Of a stretch of DNA of 64,000 nt, positions 59,929-64,000 are shown one piece after another. How positions within the stretch are numbered: the stretch's first letter is position 1; the number at the start of each line of letters is the position of its first letter. The position numbers were made by a program, and so were the translations under genes. Under the pieces are notes generated by a model that had not been told where the DNA came from, made no database searches, and was given only the letters and a program-made list of their open reading frames with translations. The stretch is from the NCBI GenBank assembly GCA_963729895.1, contig CAVSQB010000022.1, forward strand, positions 32,001 through 96,000. The letters are read 5' to 3'. This stretch comes from an uncultured Fibrobacterota bacterium. Its GTDB lineage: Bacteria > Fibrobacterota > Chitinivibrionia > Chitinivibrionales > FEN-1185.

Positions 59929-61800
59929 ATGAAGTTTGATATCATAGTTGTCGGCGGCGGTCATGCCGGCATTGAAGCCGCCCACATTTGCGGCAAGAAG
60001 CGGCTTCGAACGCTTCTTGTGACTTCTCATTTAGATCTGATCGGCCAGATGTCCTGCAATCCTGCTATCGGCGGAATTGCAAAAGGGAACATTGTCCGTG
60101 AAATTGACGCACTTGGCGGAGTAATGGGCGGGATTACCGACAGGGCGGGGATACATTTTAAGATGCTCAACAGGACAAAGGGCATGGCGGTGTGGGGAAA
60201 CAGGGCTCAGGCGGACAAGAAATTGTACCGGACCCTGGCGCGCCAAGTTCTTGAAAATCAACCTACCCTCTTTTTGCGGCAGGGGTTGGTTGTGGAAATT
60301 CGAACGCAAGGCGGCAGGGTTCGCGCCGTTGTAATGGACAGCGGAGAGGAGATCGAGGCTTCGGCAATTGTCCTGGCCATGGGAACATTTCTCAATGGCG
60401 TGGCGCACATCGGGCTCACCTCCTTTGCGTCCGGAAGGCTTGGGGAGCCACCGTCCAGCCGCCTTACGGAATCGTTGAGAGAATGCGGCATTGAGTGCGA
60501 CAGATTAAAGACCGGAACGTCCCCAAGGATCGACGGCCGCACGGTGGATTATCAAAAGATGGAGGTCCAGGAAGGAGACGAATCGCCCTGGCCGTTTTCT
60601 TTTTCCTCAAACTATAAACCGCAGAACAGGGCCGTCTGCTGGGTGACCAGATCGTCGGCGCAAACTCATGAAATTATCCTTTCCAATCTTCACAGGTCGC
60701 CTCTGTACACCGGAAAGATCAAGAGCGTCGGTCCACGGTACTGTCCATCAATCGAGGACAAAGTGGTGCGGTTTGGAGAAAGGGATGGTCATACATTATT
60801 TTTAGAACCTGAGGGACTGGGCACGAGCGAGATGTATCTCAATGGATTGTCAACGAGCCTGCCTTTTGATGTCCAGGTTCTCATGGTGCAAAGTGTTCCG
60901 GGGCTGGAACGCGCGTCTATTATGAGGCCGGGATACGGAATAGAGTACGACTATTTTCCACCAACACAGCTGTTGCCGAGTCTGGAATCCAAGAAGGTTG
61001 AAAATCTGTTCTTTGCGGGTCAGATCAATGGGACGTCCGGGTATGAAGAAGCAGCATGCCAGGGCCTGGTAGCCGGGATCAACGCAAGCGGAAAGATTCT
61101 TGGAGAGGAGCCGCTGATACTGGGCAGGGACACCGCGTATACCGGCGTGCTCATTGATGATCTGGTCACTAAAGGAACGCGGGAACCGTACCGGATGTTC
61201 ACCTCTCGCGCCGAGCATCGTCTGATGCTCCGTCAGGATAATGTCGACGAGCGCCTGATGCCTGTTGCAGCGAAAAAAGGACTGATCACTCAAGATGTGT
61301 TTGAAGAAAGAAAAAGAATCTGGGACGAGAAAGAGCTTCTCAGGAAGAAAATATCCGCGGCCAGGATTGTGCCTGAAGATTGGAACCGTGGAAAAAAGGA
61401 TGCTTCTTCGATCAGGACAACAGCAAGGGCCGAAGCCTTGTTAAGAAGGCCGGAAGTAAGAATTGAGGAAATACTTGACGCTATCGGTGAGAGAATTGAA
61501 GATCGGGAAATTCGGTCCGGAGTCGAGGCGGACATCAAATACAGCGGATTCGTCGAAAAAGAAAAGGAACAATTGGAGAAATTCCGCAGAATGGAGAACG
61601 AAAAGCTTCCGGAAAATGTTGATTACGAACGAGTGGAGGGGCTCCTGACGGAATCGAGAGCCAAGCTTGCAAAAGTGCGGCCGGTATGCCTGGGGCAGGC
61701 ATTGAGGATTCCCGGGGTAACGCCGGCGGACATATCTGTTCTTATGGTATATTTGTCAAAACTCAAGAATGTTTCACGTGAAACAACGGTGCACAAATGA
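59929..61800 (+). CDS. mnmG: tRNA modification enzyme MnmG (GidA)
   Basis: VVGGGHAGIEAA, MSCNPAIGG, GPRYCPSIEDK, AGQINGTSGYEEAA. Confidence 0.98.
   Translation: MKFDIIVVGGGHAGIEAAHICGKKRLRTLLVTSHLDLIGQMSCNPAIGGIAKGNIVREIDALGGVMGGITDRAGIHFKMLNRTKGMAVWGNRAQADKKLYRTLARQVLENQPTLFLRQGLVVEIRTQGGRVRAVVMDSGEEIEASAIVLAMGTFLNGVAHIGLTSFASGRLGEPPSSRLTESLRECGIECDRLKTGTSPRIDGRTVDYQKMEVQEGDESPWPFSFSSNYKPQNRAVCWVTRSSAQTHEIILSNLHRSPLYTGKIKSVGPRYCPSIEDKVVRFGERDGHTLFLEPEGLGTSEMYLNGLSTSLPFDVQVLMVQSVPGLERASIMRPGYGIEYDYFPPTQLLPSLESKKVENLFFAGQINGTSGYEEAACQGLVAGINASGKILGEEPLILGRDTAYTGVLIDDLVTKGTREPYRMFTSRAEHRLMLRQDNVDERLMPVAAKKGLITQDVFEERKRIWDEKELLRKKISAARIVPEDWNRGKKDASSIRTTARAEALLRRPEVRIEEILDAIGERIEDREIRSGVEADIKYSGFVEKEKEQLEKFRRMENEKLPENVDYERVEGLLTESRAKLAKVRPVCLGQALRIPGVTPADISVLMVYLSKLKNVSRETTVHK
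61770..61785. promoter_or_regulatory. parS site inside the mnmG 3' end
   Basis: Perfect TGTTTCACGTGAAACA (encodes VSRET). Confidence 0.95.
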
Positions 61801-62480
61801 ACAAAACCAGCAAAGTTTACATGGAACGAGCAAAGCAGAGTTACGAGCTCAAAGAACTTGAACGGCTTGGGTTGACGCCCACGCTGGAACAGCGAGACAT
61901 GATTCTCAAGTTCATCGCAGTGCTTCTGAAATGGAATGCTGCCGCCGGCCTCATTTCGCCCGGAGACGAAGACCACCTTTTCTTGCGGCATTTTTGTGAT
62001 TCTCTGCAGCCGCTTCTTCTTTTCGGGTTCAAGAAGAACGCGAAAATTTTGGACATCGGATCGGGAGGCGGATTTCCATCAATTCCAATCAGGATTTTCA
62101 GACCCGATTTAACCTTTGTTCTGACGGAATCAAACAGAAAAAAGTGCATGTTTCTCACGCAAGTAAAAACCGACCTTCTGCTTGAAAACGTGGATGTGTA
62201 CACAGGAAGGGTGGAAAAACTGCCAATGCCGGAACGGCGATTCGACTACGTGATAAGCCGGGGGCTGGGGACAATGCAGAAATTTTCTCAACTTGCAAGG
62301 CGTCTATTGGCGCCGGATGGTCACATGTACACGTTTAAAACAAAGCAATTTGCCCAAGAATTGGATACTATCACATCAAGCAAGGACAAGGACGGCATCA
62401 AAATAAGTGAGATCGCCGAATACGATCTCGGAAACCAGATATTCGGTCTTAATCTGGTTTCGCTGGAATTGATGAAATAG
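61797..62480 (+). CDS. rsmG: 16S rRNA m7G527 methyltransferase
   Basis: RHFCDSL, LDIGSGGGFP, VISR; synteny. Confidence 0.93.
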   Translation: MNKTSKVYMERAKQSYELKELERLGLTPTLEQRDMILKFIAVLLKWNAAAGLISPGDEDHLFLRHFCDSLQPLLLFGFKKNAKILDIGSGGGFPSIPIRIFRPDLTFVLTESNRKKCMFLTQVKTDLLLENVDVYTGRVEKLPMPERRFDYVISRGLGTMQKFSQLARRLLAPDGHMYTFKTKQFAQELDTITSSKDKDGIKISEIAEYDLGNQIFGLNLVSLELMK

Positions 62481-62627
62481 CGGGCCGGTTTAATATCAAG
62501 GCTCCGGGGCGACCACAATCAAGTCGCGCCCCTCTACCCATTCTTGCAGTACAACTCAGAGTGAAGTACATAATCCCCAAACCGATCAGAGAGAATGAAG
62601 AGTAAACGGCTTTAGGAAAGGTTTCTT

Positions 62628-63410
62628 TTGGGAAGAATAATTGCGGTATGCAATCAGAAGGGCGGTGTGGGAAAAACCACCACGTCAATCAATCTTGCTG
62701 CGACACTTGCCGTCGCCGAACATAAGACGCTGCTGATAGATATGGACCCTCAGAGTAATGCCACCACAGGAGTCGGGGTCGAAAAGAAAAACACGGAACA
62801 CTCCATGTACGAGGTCATCACTCGCAGGAAAAAGCTGGACAAGGAAATCTCGCTTTCGGACATTATTCTTGCCAGCAAAGACATGAAGTTCTTGTTTGTG
62901 GCCCCGGCCAGTCCCGATCTTGCCTCCGCTGAAATTGAGCTTGTCAATGTTATTGCGAGAGAAAAATGCCTCAAGAACGCCGTCGATCCGATACGCAACG
63001 AGTACGAATACATCATTATCGATTCGCCCCCGTCCCTCGGACTCCTCACCGTCAACATCCTCGCCGCCGCAGATTCCGTCCTCATCCCGATTCAATGCGA
63101 GTATTATGCGCTTGAAGGTCTCGCGGAACTTCTTCATACCGTTCGCCTGGTCCAGAAGAACCTCAACTCCAAACTCGTGATCGAAGGCGCCCTGCTTACC
63201 ATGTACGACGGCAGGCTCAACCTCTCTCGCCAAGTTGCCGAGGACGTACGGTCTTGCTTCTCGGGAAAAGTTTTCGAAAGCGTTATCTCCCGAAACGTCA
63301 AGCTTTCCGAGGCCCCCTCGTTCGGAAAGCCCATTATTCTCTACGACATCATGTCCTCCGGATCCGAAAACTATTTGAATCTTGCAAAGGAAATCATGCA
63401 CAATGGCTAG
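62628..63410 (+). CDS. parA: Chromosome partitioning ATPase ParA/Soj
   Basis: NQKGGVGKTTT, DMDPQSNAT, PIQCEYYALEG, RNVKLSEAPSFG. Confidence 0.97.
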   Translation: MGRIIAVCNQKGGVGKTTTSINLAATLAVAEHKTLLIDMDPQSNATTGVGVEKKNTEHSMYEVITRRKKLDKEISLSDIILASKDMKFLFVAPASPDLASAEIELVNVIAREKCLKNAVDPIRNEYEYIIIDSPPSLGLLTVNILAAADSVLIPIQCEYYALEGLAELLHTVRLVQKNLNSKLVIEGALLTMYDGRLNLSRQVAEDVRSCFSGKVFESVISRNVKLSEAPSFGKPIILYDIMSSGSENYLNLAKEIMHNG

Positions 63411-64000
63411 CGGTCATTCTCGAAGAGCGCTGGGAAGGGGCCTTTCAAACCTTATTCCGCAGGACAGCGAAGAAAACGGAAGCGACAACGAAGTGGTTCT
63501 GGTCGACAGCAATTCCATCCGTCCAAACCCCTTCCAGCCGCGGCGGGAATTCAACCAGGGAGAATTGGAAGGCCTGGCCGAGAGCATAAAAAGCCAGGGC
63601 CTTCTCCAGGCCATTATACTGAGGAAGAAAGTTGACGGATACGAGATAATTTCCGGTGAGCGCAGGTTCCGTGCCCTCCGGCATCTTGGTCACGACAAGA
63701 TTCCGTGCGTCATCAAGCCGAAGGTGTCGGATCGAGAAATGATAGAAATGGCTCTCGTGGAAAATATCCAGCGGGAAGACCTGAATGAAATTGAACAGGC
63801 TGCGTCGTATCAGCGCCTTCTGCTTGAATGCGGCCTTTCCCACGAAGACCTGTCGAAGAGAGTAGGTAAGAGCAGGAGCGCCGTTACCAATTCGCTTCGA
63901 CTCTTGAAACTACCGGGACAACTTCAAAGCTTACTGATGCATGGCGAGATAAGCATGGGGCACGCGAGAGCGCTGCTGTCAATAGAGGATACCCAAAAGC
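63403..64000 (+). CDS. parB: ParB/Spo0J (3' truncated by window)
   Basis: MASGHSRRALGRGL, PNPFQPRREF, ISGERRFRA, ALVENIQREDLN. Confidence 0.96.
   Translation, partial: MASGHSRRALGRGLSNLIPQDSEENGSDNEVVLVDSNSIRPNPFQPRREFNQGELEGLAESIKSQGLLQAIILRKKVDGYEIISGERRFRALRHLGHDKIPCVIKPKVSDREMIEMALVENIQREDLNEIEQAASYQRLLLECGLSHEDLSKRVGKSRSAVTNSLRLLKLPGQLQSLLMHGEISMGHARALLSIEDTQK

Overview
Bacterial chromosomal window that spans the replication origin; taxonomy was not determined. Left (1-11.2 kb): housekeeping genes on mostly the + strand (clpB 3' end, rtcB, cutA, response regulator, hrpA, glmS, RidA, scpA, DTW protein). Middle (11.2-52.5 kb): one large - strand surface-polysaccharide locus starting just downstream of dnaN. 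It contains nucleotide-sugar enzymes, GTs, Wzx/Wzy/Wzz and an EPS-type MarR regulator. It also holds an unusual coupled module of a CMP-transferase, a Gfo/Idh/MocA protein, an Ldh_2 protein and an HP-motif protein, with no NeuB. The locus is hit by two copies of an IS3 element; one copy carries a three-layer nest (IS3 > IS21 > rve-type IS) with every target duplication readable. Right (52.6-64 kb): dnaN-oriC-dnaA / rpmH-rnpA-yidD-yidC-mnmE-mnmG-rsmG-parA-parB with two perfect parS sites. The most unusual structure is at the edges of the variable polysaccharide block. At 44.4-50.7 kb a stack of nucleotidyltransferase/HEPN toxin-antitoxin-like cassettes is interleaved with four mosaic copies of a gene-relic repeat and a diverged second wzz tail. 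At the other edge, a 57-bp duplicate of the fcl 5' end brackets an AAA-ATPase gene. Together this suggests integrase-free, recombination-driven cassette accretion at the locus boundaries (inference). Family assignments come from motif recognition by eye; no database searches were run.
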